A stretch of DNA of 64,000 bases, taken from contig JARFQE010000115.1 in assembly GCA_029287915.1 (NCBI GenBank), positions 34,969 through 98,968 of the forward strand. Reading direction: 5' to 3'. Made by a program: the position numbers and the translations under genes. Below, piece after piece: positions 34,672-44,262 of the stretch; position 1 is the first letter of the stretch, and each line of letters opens with the position of its first letter. Origin of the DNA: Arenicellales bacterium. Lineage in GTDB: Bacteria > Pseudomonadota > Gammaproteobacteria > BMS3Bbin11. The notes under the pieces were generated by a model that ran no database searches, was not told the DNA's origin, and saw only the letters and a program-made list of their open reading frames with translations.

Positions 34672-35402
34672 GAGTACAGTCCCAGCCCGCCTTTTTGCTA
34701 CACGCAAGACCATTTAGAGAAACCAGCCTGATTCTCGAAATATTTACCCGGCAATATGGTCGTGTTGGTTTACTTGCTCGCGGAGTCAGAAACCCTAAGT
34801 CCCGCAAACGAGCGCTGGTCATGCCATTTCAGCCACTTTTACTTGGCTGGAGTGGTAAAGGAGAGCTGCCTTTACTAACAGAATTAGAGGCAACAGGTAG
34901 TGCAAGAGAACTTATTGCTGAGAAAAGATATGCCGCTTTTTACCTCAATGAATTATTGCTAAGACTATTGCATCGGCATGACGCACATGAAAGCCTGTTC
35001 GATTTCTACAGTCGTATTCTGGATGAGCTTTACCGGGATGTACCGGTGCAAAATGTATTACGACGCTTTGAAAAGGAACTTCTAAGTCAGACAGGTTATG
35101 GCCTGATCCTGCATCATGAAGCTGAATCATCGAGACCCGTTGATGCTCAGCGTAATTACCGGTATCTTGCCGAACTCGGACCAATGGCAGTGTCTGAAAA
35201 TGTACAGGATTATCATTTTGCGGAGCAGGGCATCAGTATAAGGGGTAAAAGTCTGCTGGATTTTTATCATGATGACTTTGATGATAAAGAGAGCCTGAAA
35301 GAATGCCGCAGGCTGATCAGGTACCTGCTGGATAGACAGCTATCTGGCAAGCCACTACATAGCCGACAGGTGTTTCATCAGGTATTATCAGGCCTGGGAT
35401 GA
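34668..35402 (+). CDS. recO: DNA repair protein RecO
   Basis: 244 aa with the conserved FLLHARPFRETS N-terminus. Start overlaps the era stop. Confidence 0.85.
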   Translation: MRVQSQPAFLLHARPFRETSLILEIFTRQYGRVGLLARGVRNPKSRKRALVMPFQPLLLGWSGKGELPLLTELEATGSARELIAEKRYAAFYLNELLLRLLHRHDAHESLFDFYSRILDELYRDVPVQNVLRRFEKELLSQTGYGLILHHEAESSRPVDAQRNYRYLAELGPMAVSENVQDYHFAEQGISIRGKSLLDFYHDDFDDKESLKECRRLIRYLLDRQLSGKPLHSRQVFHQVLSGLG

Positions 35403-35486
35403 AATCGGCCGTAAGTGTTATTTTTGGTATACAAAAAAATCACTTAACGCTTTTTACTTAATATCTATTCGCTAAGACTTAACTTC

Positions 35487-36224
35487 ATGACTACACTAAA
35501 ACTCGGTGTCAATATTGATCATGTTGCCTCTCTACGCCAGGCTAGAGGTACCATTTACCCAGATCCTGTGCAGGCGGCTTTCATTGCTGAACAGGCTGGT
35601 GCGGATATCATCACTTTACATCTGCGTGAAGACAGAAGACACATCCAGGAAAGGGATGTGGCCATCATGCGTCAAACCATCCATACACGTATGAACCTGG
35701 AGATGGCGGTTACCGATGAGATGATTGACATTGCATGTCGTAGCTTGCCGGATGAGGTTTGCCTGGTTCCTGAAAAAAGACAAGAACTAACGACAGAGGG
35801 TGGACTGGATGTGACCGGAAATCTTTCCAGGATCTCCGATGCTGTCAGTCGCCTGCAGGATGCGGGAATTCTCGTCTCATTGTTCATCGATCCAGATCAT
35901 GCTCAACTTGATGCATCCATCGAGTCCGGAGCACCCGTTGTGGAATTACATACGGGCCATTTTGCGGAAGCGAAAACTGATGAATCGCGTGAGCGGGAGT
36001 TTGAGTCAATAAGCAGGGCCGTTGCCTATGGCAGGAAGCATGATTTGAAAGTCAATGCCGGCCATGGTCTGCACTATCACAATGTTGAGCGGATAGCGGC
36101 AATTGCGGGTTTGTCAGATCTGAACATTGGCCATGCCATAATAGCAAGAGCGGTATTCACCGGCCTGGCGGATGCAGTTCGTGAAATGAAGGCACTGATG
36201 GACCGTGCCCGAGTATCAAAATAA
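35487..36224 (+). CDS. pdxJ: Pyridoxine 5'-phosphate synthase PdxJ
   Basis: 245 aa starting [21 protein letters not shown], a TIM-barrel PNP synthase. Confidence 0.9.
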   Translation: MTTLKLGVNIDHVASLRQARGTIYPDPVQAAFIAEQAGADIITLHLREDRRHIQERDVAIMRQTIHTRMNLEMAVTDEMIDIACRSLPDEVCLVPEKRQELTTEGGLDVTGNLSRISDAVSRLQDAGILVSLFIDPDHAQLDASIESGAPVVELHTGHFAEAKTDESREREFESISRAVAYGRKHDLKVNAGHGLHYHNVERIAAIAGLSDLNIGHAIIARAVFTGLADAVREMKALMDRARVSK

Positions 36225-36509
36225 TTATTTCTTTGCCGGTGGCGGCTGAAAGCCTGCTGGCATTTGTCCCTCTTTACCTTCACCAAATAGAAATCCCAGC
36301 ATATGCTCTTCGATGATATCCAGATTTTGCGGGTCAGCAGTACTCAGGCGCATTTCATTCATGATGATGGTCAGGCGATCAAGCCATTGACGCCAGCCTT
36401 CAGCTGAAATGTTTTCATAGATACGTATACCCAACTCACCCGGGTGGGGAACCTTGTCAAGACCTGGTGCTTCTTTTTTAAGCACCTGGCAATATACCAT
36501 TCTGCTCAT
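36225..36509 (-). CDS. yggX: Fe(2+)-trafficking protein YggX
   Basis: 94 aa starting MSRMVYCQVLKKEAPGLDKVPHPGELGIRIYENIS..., close to the E. coli YggX N-terminus. Its stop abuts the pdxJ stop. Confidence 0.85.
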   Translation of the reverse strand: MSRMVYCQVLKKEAPGLDKVPHPGELGIRIYENISAEGWRQWLDRLTIIMNEMRLSTADPQNLDIIEEHMLGFLFGEGKEGQMPAGFQPPPAKK

Positions 36510-36797
36510 TTTTACTTGCCCATTTCATATAATCAATATGTAAATTGTACCGGATACGAGAAAATTTTACTTAATAAAATAAATAATCAGTAGTTATGAA
36601 AAAGCATGGGAACCCTGACGATTTGCATACTTTCGTCGGTCTTGATCAGGTGCCATGGAAAAGCAGTGACTTCTGTATATATTATAATCTAGGGTGGATT
36701 TCGTTATGTTACATACATTAAAGGTGATATTTTTTTATTTTTGACCCCATTTCTTTGCTAATATCTTACTTTAATTGATATATCACAGGAGTTTACA

Positions 36798-37172
36798 ATG
36801 GGTGAAGCAGCATTTCAGAATGATATTTCGAACGACATGATGTCCATTACTGATACCGCACTGGAAAAAATGGGAGAACTTCTGGGACAGGTAGAAGAGG
36901 ATGTTGCCGGTATTCGTGTATTTGTACATGGTGGAGGCTGTAGTGGTCTTTCCTATGGAATGACATATGCGGAAGAAAAGCTTGAGACAGATAGCCAGCT
37001 TGGTAATGACGATTGCAAAATACTGGTAGACCCTATAGCACTTGGCTATTTACAGGGGTGTGAAATTGATTACCGCGAAGGCCCGACTGGTGCAAGTTTC
37101 ATTTTTAATAATGTGTTTCAGTCAGTGGGTGGATCTGGTTCATGTGGTGGATGCGGTGGCGCCTGCGGGTAG
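36798..37172 (+). CDS. A-type Fe-S cluster carrier (HesB/IscA/ErpA family) with an atypical C-terminal tail
   Basis: The GGGCSGLSYG and FIFNN motifs align with ErpA/IscA. The canonical CGCGxSF terminus is replaced by GGSGSCGGCGGACG. Strong SD AGGAG upstream of ATG 36798. Confidence 0.75.
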   Translation: MGEAAFQNDISNDMMSITDTALEKMGELLGQVEEDVAGIRVFVHGGGCSGLSYGMTYAEEKLETDSQLGNDDCKILVDPIALGYLQGCEIDYREGPTGASFIFNNVFQSVGGSGSCGGCGGACG

Positions 37173-37223
37173 CTGATAAATAAAAAGGCCGGTAATACTC
37201 AGACATCCTTAAATCATAAGGTC

Positions 37224-38483
37224 GTGAAAAGGCGTATACTTCTCGTTTCGCCACCTGAAAGCTACCGCATTCAACCCTACGTCAGGGCGGCCCATTCGCT
37301 GGGTCTGGAGATCAATCTAGCATCCCAGGGTGAGTGGGCCATCTCTTCTCCGTATTCGGCGGGTATTGATGTTCCTCTACATGACCATGAAGCCGCACTT
37401 GCGATACTTTCAGATTTAGCATGCAGACAAAAGTACGATGCTGTCATCGGTACTGATGACAGCACACTGGAACTTGCTGCCAATCTGGCACAGAAAACAG
37501 GTCTGAAACAAAACCTGCCGGCCGCCGTTCGTATAGCGCGACGGAAGGATCTATCCCGACTTTGTCTGCAGCATGCGGGCATAAAGGTTCCAGCATTTAC
37601 AGTGCTCAGAGTGGATAAAAACCTTCCTGTTGATGATCCAGAATTCGGTTTTCCCTGTGTTGTTAAACCTCTGGCACTATCTGGAAGCAGGGGAGTGATT
37701 CGGGTTGACTCTAATGAGGATTTGAATACAGGCATCCAGCGAAGTCTTAAGATAGTATCAGAACAGACTGATTTATATGAGAAAAACCATCTATTGGTTG
37801 AGCAGTATATTGCTGGAAGAGAATTTGCTGTTGAGGGCATGCTAAGCGACGGACGTCTCGAAGTACTGGCCATTTTTGATAAACCAGATCCTCTGGACGG
37901 TCCCTATTTTGAGGAAACATTTTATATTTCTCCTGCCAGGGTAACGAAATTTGAACGGCGGTTAATCATTGAAACTGTTCAGGCTTCCTGTACTGCCTAC
38001 GGGTTGATTACCGGTCCGGTGCACGCTGAATGTCGACTGAATAAAGAAGGAGCATGGCTGATAGAGCTTGCGGCGAGGACAATCGGAGGTCTCTGCAGCA
38101 GATTGCTGAGCTTTGGCACAGGCTACTCGCTCGAAGAGCTGGTGCTTGCAAATGCCATTGACCTGGACTTAACGACACAAGTTAATACCGATGCGGCAGG
38201 TGTGCTGATGCTGCCCGTTAAAGAGGCTGGGGTGCTACGCAGGGTAGAGGGGGTCATGAAAGCCGAGAAGGTACCCTTTATAGATGCTATAGAGATTAGC
38301 TTACGTGAAGGGCACCATGTATTGCCATTGCCTGAAGGCGCAAGTTATCTTGGATTTGTGTTTTCCTCAGCACCAGATGCTTATGTCGTCGAGCAGGCAT
38401 TGCGAGAGGCCGATTCGATTATAAATCCTGTCATTGCACCATTATGGCCAGTGCTTGACGGCAAAAAAAAGGCCAGTGCCTGA
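37224..38483 (+). CDS. ATP-grasp domain protein, putative carboxylate-amine/peptide ligase
   Basis: 419 aa with the ATP-grasp core (PCVVKPLALSGSRGVIRV...EQYIAGREFAVEG). GTG start 51 nt after the IscA-like gene, same strand. Confidence 0.7.
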   Translation: MKRRILLVSPPESYRIQPYVRAAHSLGLEINLASQGEWAISSPYSAGIDVPLHDHEAALAILSDLACRQKYDAVIGTDDSTLELAANLAQKTGLKQNLPAAVRIARRKDLSRLCLQHAGIKVPAFTVLRVDKNLPVDDPEFGFPCVVKPLALSGSRGVIRVDSNEDLNTGIQRSLKIVSEQTDLYEKNHLLVEQYIAGREFAVEGMLSDGRLEVLAIFDKPDPLDGPYFEETFYISPARVTKFERRLIIETVQASCTAYGLITGPVHAECRLNKEGAWLIELAARTIGGLCSRLLSFGTGYSLEELVLANAIDLDLTTQVNTDAAGVLMLPVKEAGVLRRVEGVMKAEKVPFIDAIEISLREGHHVLPLPEGASYLGFVFSSAPDAYVVEQALREADSIINPVIAPLWPVLDGKKKASA

Positions 38484-38532
38484 ATAGCAACTAGCCGAGT
38501 GGATTCTATTTTGAAGCTGTTTTAATTGATAT

Positions 38533-39279
38533 TTATGGTAGCTTTACAATTGCATTAATGCCCCAATTGTAGAGCTGCGCCTTACCCTGGTTCCCCTCAT
38601 ATTCAAGTTCGAGGTCGAAATGCTTGCCAAAGTGGTAGCCTAGACCAAGGCCATAACCGATCTGGGTCTTGTTTTCCTGTATGGTGACAGTCTCACCGGT
38701 TGGTCGTGGATTGACCAGTTCCGTGCCTACCACTACAGTTTCGGTTTCACCGGTCGGTAAACCTTCGTCATCGGTGATTGGTACTTGCTCTGTGATATTG
38801 CGTTGATCATATTCTACACCGGCCACTTCCTTCTTATACCGGGAAGCAACGATTCCAACCTTGCCCTTGAAATATAGCTTTCCTGGTGACCGGTAAGCCA
38901 TGTAGCCGCTATACAGAGGATTTTCCCACCTGCCACCGTAGTAATATTCACTCGGAGCACTACTATCAAAGGCCTGGATATCTCCCCAGCGTATACTGGG
39001 CAGGTACTGGAACTCGAATGCCGCCTTGCCTTTCCAGACCGGGCGGGCGAATTCGTAGCCGAGAAGTATACCTGCGTTGCGTGCGCTGGCATCGCCGATT
39101 CCGTCATCACTGCTATACATGGTGACGTATTTCGCACCGATCAGCCATTGACCACGTGCATGTTCACCAAAAAATGGACCGTCGCCCGGTTGATCAAACT
39201 CTGTGGCTGCCGCTGCAGATAGTGTGACCAGCATGGCAGGAAGTGCTAATAATTGAGCAAAGGTTTTTTTAGTTGTCAT
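38533..39279 (-). CDS. Outer membrane beta-barrel protein (OmpA/OmpW-like porin family)
   Basis: Signal peptide (LVTLSAAAA), alternating-hydrophobic beta strands and an aromatic-rich C-terminal end. ATG at 39279 with AGAGG SD; the ORF track start at 39300 is an upstream extension. Confidence 0.65.
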   Translation of the reverse strand: MTTKKTFAQLLALPAMLVTLSAAAATEFDQPGDGPFFGEHARGQWLIGAKYVTMYSSDDGIGDASARNAGILLGYEFARPVWKGKAAFEFQYLPSIRWGDIQAFDSSAPSEYYYGGRWENPLYSGYMAYRSPGKLYFKGKVGIVASRYKKEVAGVEYDQRNITEQVPITDDEGLPTGETETVVVGTELVNPRPTGETVTIQENKTQIGYGLGLGYHFGKHFDLELEYEGNQGKAQLYNWGINAIVKLP

Positions 39280-39443
39280 GGTCGACCTCTTGCATGGCAT
39301 TTTGTTAAGGTAGAAAAGGCATTTAATACAAATCTAGCAGGAAAAACTATATTTCTCAACATCCTGCAAGAGATTTAGAGAAAAATAATTTAAAATAGTT
39401 TGTAAGTCCTTGTTTAATTATAAGTTTTAAAGAGTTATTTTTA

Positions 39444-39887
39444 TGAAATTTCTTCTATTTTGTTCCAGAGTCTGTTCCACCAGCGCTTTCTGTTGCCGGG
39501 TAAAACAAGATCCTCACCTAATGCTTCAGGTTTGCTTCGGCTCATTACCCAACCAGGCAGTGGCGGTGTCTTACTCGAGCCACAGGAAGCACCAAGATTG
39601 TTTGGGTCAAAAATTTTCACCAGCGTAGGATGAGAAAAGTCATCGGTATAGACAATCCCGCAATAGTCCTCATCATGTTCCTCACGCAATAAGCTGTCCA
39701 TACGGGAGATAAAATGTTCTACATCATCGCTATCAGCAATTTTTTCCGGTACATCATGACCCAACGCATAGATATACCAGCCCTCAGCCTTCTGTTGACG
39801 AATTGTTGACCAGAGGTTATCAAGCTTATCCCACTGCATAACGCCCTTAAGAACTCCGTTATACTTTTCAAGAAACTCCGCTGACAT
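39444..39887 (-). CDS. Hypothetical acidic soluble protein
   Basis: 148 aa starting MSAEFLEKYNG at ATG 39887 with AGGAAC SD; the ORF track start at 40007 is an upstream extension. No family recognised. Confidence 0.45.
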
Positions 39888-39995
39888 GTTTGTGTTCCTG
39901 ACTATTGTGTATGTGTTTTTGTCAATTTTACAGTATGATTTGACTCGGCGTAATGTTTTTCCTGACGAAATACAGCAATTTACACGGTATATCTC

Positions 39996-40949
39996 ATGCT
40001 GTTGCAATTACCACTCCTGTTAATTTTATCAACTACATTGTTCTGGTCAGGGTCAATTATTGTTGAAAAAATTGATCCTGCATATTCATTGTCTGAGAAT
40101 CCTCTACAACTTGCAGTAGATATGATTCAGCAGAACAGGCTCGAAGAAGCGCGCTTGCTGGCACAGTTTAGCCGTCAATACCTGCCAGTTGATCCTCAAT
40201 TTTCATCCACAGCAATTGATATGGATGTTGAAAACAAATTGAATTCGACAAGCTACCTTATAGAGCGCTTTATAGAAGGAGCAGTATCTGGCGAGCCGAT
40301 AGATACTGCCGGCCTGTTGGGTGTCGTGGCCCTCGATATGATGGTAATAGGAGATTTACGCGATTTGCTGATACAGGGTTACAAAGAGTTCGATACAGGG
40401 CAGGGCGATGAGGTGATAATGGGCCTCTCCGCTGCGGGTTTGTTCCTGACTCTGGTACCTGAGATATCCTGGGGTCCCTCCATGTTTAAAACTTTCTGGA
40501 AAGGCGGACGATTCTCTGAACCCTTTCAGCGACAGATAAAGGCAGCATTAACTCAGGCCCGGAAAACAAATGATTATCGCAGCCTGCGTCGAATAATGAG
40601 CGACTTTACAGCTGTCTTTGATAGTCTTGGTTCAGGTCCGGCTATCGCTGTTTTCAAACGGATAAATTCGACAGAGGAACTGGCACTGCTTGCGAAAAAG
40701 GCAAAAGTAGCGCCCGCAGAGACCTATACTCTGACAAAAATAGACGGCATCAAAGGTCTTGAGAATGTTTCCACTGTTACTACAAAAAGGGGCAAGCTTG
40801 TCAAGCGAGTTAAGTTGGCGGCCCGTCAGCACAAGATATTTGGCAAGGCACTGGACCTGATCCCGCTAATCTGGTGGCTGGTAGTTTTTGGCCTTTCATT
40901 AATGCCGTTGTTATACCTGCTGAGCCGAGGTAGAAAACAGAAACACTGA
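39996..40949 (+). CDS. Hypothetical membrane protein
   Basis: 317 aa with an N-terminal signal/TM segment and a C-terminal TM segment (LIPLIWWLVVFGLSLMPLLYLL). Divergent from the preceding gene. No family recognised. Confidence 0.45.
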   Translation: MLLQLPLLLILSTTLFWSGSIIVEKIDPAYSLSENPLQLAVDMIQQNRLEEARLLAQFSRQYLPVDPQFSSTAIDMDVENKLNSTSYLIERFIEGAVSGEPIDTAGLLGVVALDMMVIGDLRDLLIQGYKEFDTGQGDEVIMGLSAAGLFLTLVPEISWGPSMFKTFWKGGRFSEPFQRQIKAALTQARKTNDYRSLRRIMSDFTAVFDSLGSGPAIAVFKRINSTEELALLAKKAKVAPAETYTLTKIDGIKGLENVSTVTTKRGKLVKRVKLAARQHKIFGKALDLIPLIWWLVVFGLSLMPLLYLLSRGRKQKH

Positions 40950-41153
40950 TTCATCATAAACAAACGATCCGTGCCAAAAAAATCGCACTTCAATTTTTGT
41001 TGCTTCTATCTCGGCAGTTGCTTTAATCCCCCGGTCAGGGCGGGAAAGTCAACTGTCTATAATCCGATGCCAGTGACTCGTTGGCCCGAAGTCGGGTTAG
41101 TGACCTGGTGACTATTTCATTGAACGGATTACAGATTTATCTTTTACTGATTA

Positions 41154-41345
41154 TTACATTCGGTTTTTTAGTCTGTACTGGCTTTTTCTTTTATAGAAGT
41201 CTTTAGTCGCGAAAATTGGAAATGCAATTATGACAAATGGAAGATACAGCAGAATAACAAACATGGTCTGGTATCTCTGAAACTTTGACATTCCCTCCAT
41301 ATCGTCGAAGAGTATTTCTTTCCAGATTTCTTTATTTGTTTTCAT
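41154..41345 (-). CDS. Hypothetical small membrane protein
   Basis: 63 aa with one hydrophobic helix (FVILLYLPFVIIAFPIF). No clear SD. Confidence 0.25.
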   Translation of the reverse strand: MKTNKEIWKEILFDDMEGMSKFQRYQTMFVILLYLPFVIIAFPIFATKDFYKRKSQYRLKNRM

Positions 41346-41957
41346 GTCTATGATTGTAGTGGTTTGTGAACACCTGTATGGAATATAAAATCAGACGAAA
41401 AAGACACTGAACCCGGTACAACAAATGCATCGCTACCGGTGTATTGACAACGTAAATGTCACTAGTAATCGATAGTCAGGCACAAACGAAGCGGCTATAT
41501 CCATTGCAGTATGTTTGTTATTGTTTATCTAGCGTCAATTGCAGGTGCGTGCCTAAGCCTGGTCATTTTGAGTATCCATGCCTGGTTGATAAAGTGTCAC
41601 TATAGTAACTTCCATTTGTTATATTTGTGTGAAAATTATCAGGCTTAAGAATTAAAAACCCGGGGTCTCTTTGTAGCTGTCTGTGGGTTACGGCTGGAAA
41701 AGCCTTACTTTTGGCAATATTTCCATCAATCAGGCTGAATAAAATCCTCGAAAAGATATATCTGTAAAAATAATAAAATCGGGTTTTGCTCAGTGTTACC
41801 GAGAATAAAAAGTGATTTCCTGTTCATGCATCTGACTATGCGAATAATCGATCCTATCCTGTTCCTCAATGTATTGAGCAACTCGGTGTCTGATTTAAAT
41901 TACTGCTACCGGGCACTAGTTGCACGAGATCATATTTTAGAATAAAGCGAGAGAAAA

Positions 41958-42224
41958 TTATTCTTTTGCACAGCGTTCATTACTACGCAACGGGATGTCC
42001 GGCTGCTTGTTGAGATAACCGTTTTTTTCAATCAGTGCCAACATGGTCTCATCTGGATCAGTCATGACACAGACTGGATTTTGATACATAGGACGCCTTA
42101 TGAACTTAATGCGCCAGCCAGATGCCGTCATGCGTCGATATGTAAATTGTTGCGCATCGTTTAAATATCCCAGGGGGTTATCAGGTATCGGCTTGATCCC
42201 TTTGCGTTTTTCTTTTTGCACCAT
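41958..42224 (-). CDS. Hypothetical basic protein (88 aa)
   Basis: ORF 3 nt downstream of the 85-aa ORF on the same strand. No family recognised. Confidence 0.35.
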   Translation of the reverse strand: MVQKEKRKGIKPIPDNPLGYLNDAQQFTYRRMTASGWRIKFIRRPMYQNPVCVMTDPDETMLALIEKNGYLNKQPDIPLRSNERCAKE

Positions 42225-42227
42225 TAA

Positions 42228-42485
42228 TCAGTTTACCTCACTAGATTGGTAGCAATTTTTTATGTTTAGTATCAAGCGATTCAATATAATGTAGTCAGCA
42301 GCAACTCGAACGAATGCTTGCAGTGGGATGAAACCATGCCCTGGCATCGTGGCGTAAACAGGTTGAACTACAAAAGTATCGTGCCCTCCTGCGAACTCTA
42401 TTGCTACTTCTTTCGCACCACCTGCAATCGCTAGTTCAGGAGAGTAACTGGAGTCCAGAATTGTAAATCTTTCTACCAAAATCAT
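42228..42485 (-). CDS. Hypothetical protein (85 aa)
   Basis: GGAG 5 nt upstream of the ATG. No family recognised. Reads like an enzyme-fragment sequence (GGAKEVAIEFAGGHDTFVVQP). Confidence 0.35.
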   Translation of the reverse strand: MILVERFTILDSSYSPELAIAGGAKEVAIEFAGGHDTFVVQPVYATMPGHGFIPLQAFVRVAADYIILNRLILNIKNCYQSSEVN

Positions 42486-42812
42486 TTCTCCGTATCCCGA
42501 TCCGTATTCCGAACCATTAAGTTATAGCTGGTACTATTCACATATTATGTAAGCAATTTTTACGCCAACACATGACCTGAGATGAGTATTCAATGAGTTA
42601 TCAACAGATGGGGATTTTCTTTTCAACAAAGCTGTAAAATTCCCTGACAGTGTAAATAAGGTACTGCTAAATAAGCTACTACTGATGTAAATCCATCAAC
42701 TACCAGGGCAGGTCGATTGTTTCACTTTCTAGTTGGTGTCGAAAAAAAACTATACGTCGGAATAGTAGAAAAGAGATATTTACATGAATTGATTACGGTC
42801 GAGTTTAGACAG

Positions 42813-43529
42813 TCAAATATTCCGGTATTTATTATTCAGCGATGCCTCTCTGTCAAACCTGGATCTATCGTAATAAACCGTATAATCATTACTCCTGGTG
42901 TTGTGTCCTAGTTTATTCAGCGCTTTGTATATGTCCTGCCAGGGTACGTACTTTCTGCGAGTTTCTAATCCAGCATCTTGCAGAATTTGAAGCGGATTTA
43001 TACTTTTTTTCGCTTCTTCGATACCGGCAAAATCAGTGGGATCAAGTCCAAGTTTGCCAGCAAGGTACTGGTATGAAATTGCCCACGGTAATTTGTCTGA
43101 ATTGAAAGTCTCGTTATCCGTATAGTAATCCTGCCACAGCCGAATACCTACTGGTGCTGCGCCGTGTTTCTGACTGCTGAAAATTGACCGTGCTGCAGTG
43201 CGGGCTGCTTTACGTTTGTTGTTGTGAAAATCTACTCGGCACTTTTCCCCGCAATAGACTCCGAGTGATGAGTTTGTTTGATCGCGGAGTGTATGAAGTT
43301 CACGACGGCACCAAATGCACGAGGATTCCTGCATATTTTCATGCCAGTACTCTGAGCAACTCATGCAGGTTGCAAGAACCTCCAATCGGTGCTCTCCATT
43401 ATGGCTTTTCACCTGCACTCTGCGCTTAACAACAGGTTCACCTAGTGAAAATTTATGACCACATTCAGCACAGCAAGTACCAGCCTTGCCACCCTCGTAA
43501 TTATCAGTTCCGGACATTATTGTTTTCAT
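42813..43529 (-). CDS. Hypothetical multi-zinc-ribbon protein
   Basis: The N-terminal ~100 aa carry four CxxC-type pairs (CCAEC, CMSC, CIWC, CGEKC), which would make two Zn ribbons. The ~130-aa C-terminal domain is unrecognised. Confidence 0.45.
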   Translation of the reverse strand: MKTIMSGTDNYEGGKAGTCCAECGHKFSLGEPVVKRRVQVKSHNGEHRLEVLATCMSCSEYWHENMQESSCIWCRRELHTLRDQTNSSLGVYCGEKCRVDFHNNKRKAARTAARSIFSSQKHGAAPVGIRLWQDYYTDNETFNSDKLPWAISYQYLAGKLGLDPTDFAGIEEAKKSINPLQILQDAGLETRRKYVPWQDIYKALNKLGHNTRSNDYTVYYDRSRFDREASLNNKYRNI

Positions 43530-44262
43530 GCTTCGAATAATGGCATAAGCTGGAGAAAGTGTCGATTCCTGTAGCGCACTGAAAGCGATATTAACATCGG
43601 ATTACGCGCAATACAGCCTATCCAGTCGCCGACAATTCCATGTCATTTTTCCCCAGTAATCTGCCTGCTTTCTCTGATGTTTAAGCAGTAGTCGCTTAAA
43701 TCGGTGGTATTTCTTTATTAACAAACCAGCTTTGTTCATACATGTCGATAACGACTATATTGTATGCTGTGAGGATTACAGGATTTCCAATAATAAACAT
43801 ACTTGCTACGCAGCCGATACCGTTAAAGTTGCAAGACTGGAGGAAAGGATATGAGTTTAGAAAACCGTATTAAGAAGCTGGAACAGCATAGTACACCAAA
43901 ACAATAAGGTAAAAGTTTTACTTCCTGACTGGCTGTCACCTGAGCCGATAGTTTATGAGAGTGAGCATTTTGGACGGCGTGATATTGACCCGAAAATTCC
44001 TGGCTACATCGAGAACTAGTTTTGAATAGAAAATATAAACCGGGTGGTGGAGGTTCCTCTTGGTGCTCTCAGTCCCGCACTTGTTCACGAGAAATCAACT
44101 ATACTGATTTTAGAGTCTAAGCAATAAATCTAACAAAAAGAGTGCTGATCCTATTACATGTGGGGAGATATATATATGAAATTACAAAATATATAGACTC
44201 CAGTGCATAGGGCTATTAACTAATTAGCCTGTAAGACGTTTAATAAAAGCGATGCATCGATT

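Noticed and set aside
36510-36797. Fur box or IscR box in the yggX / IscA-like divergent region
   Set aside because: The best candidate, ATAAATAATCAGTAGTTAT, matches the Fur 19-mer only partially. It is not good enough to call by eye, so it is left as a suggestion inside the finding.
40950-41160. Possible attR (direct repeat of the tRNA-Asn 3' end) at the left edge of the island
   Set aside because: Visual comparison of the tRNA 3' end with this region and with 38.4-38.6 kb found no convincing match. The island boundary remains undefined.
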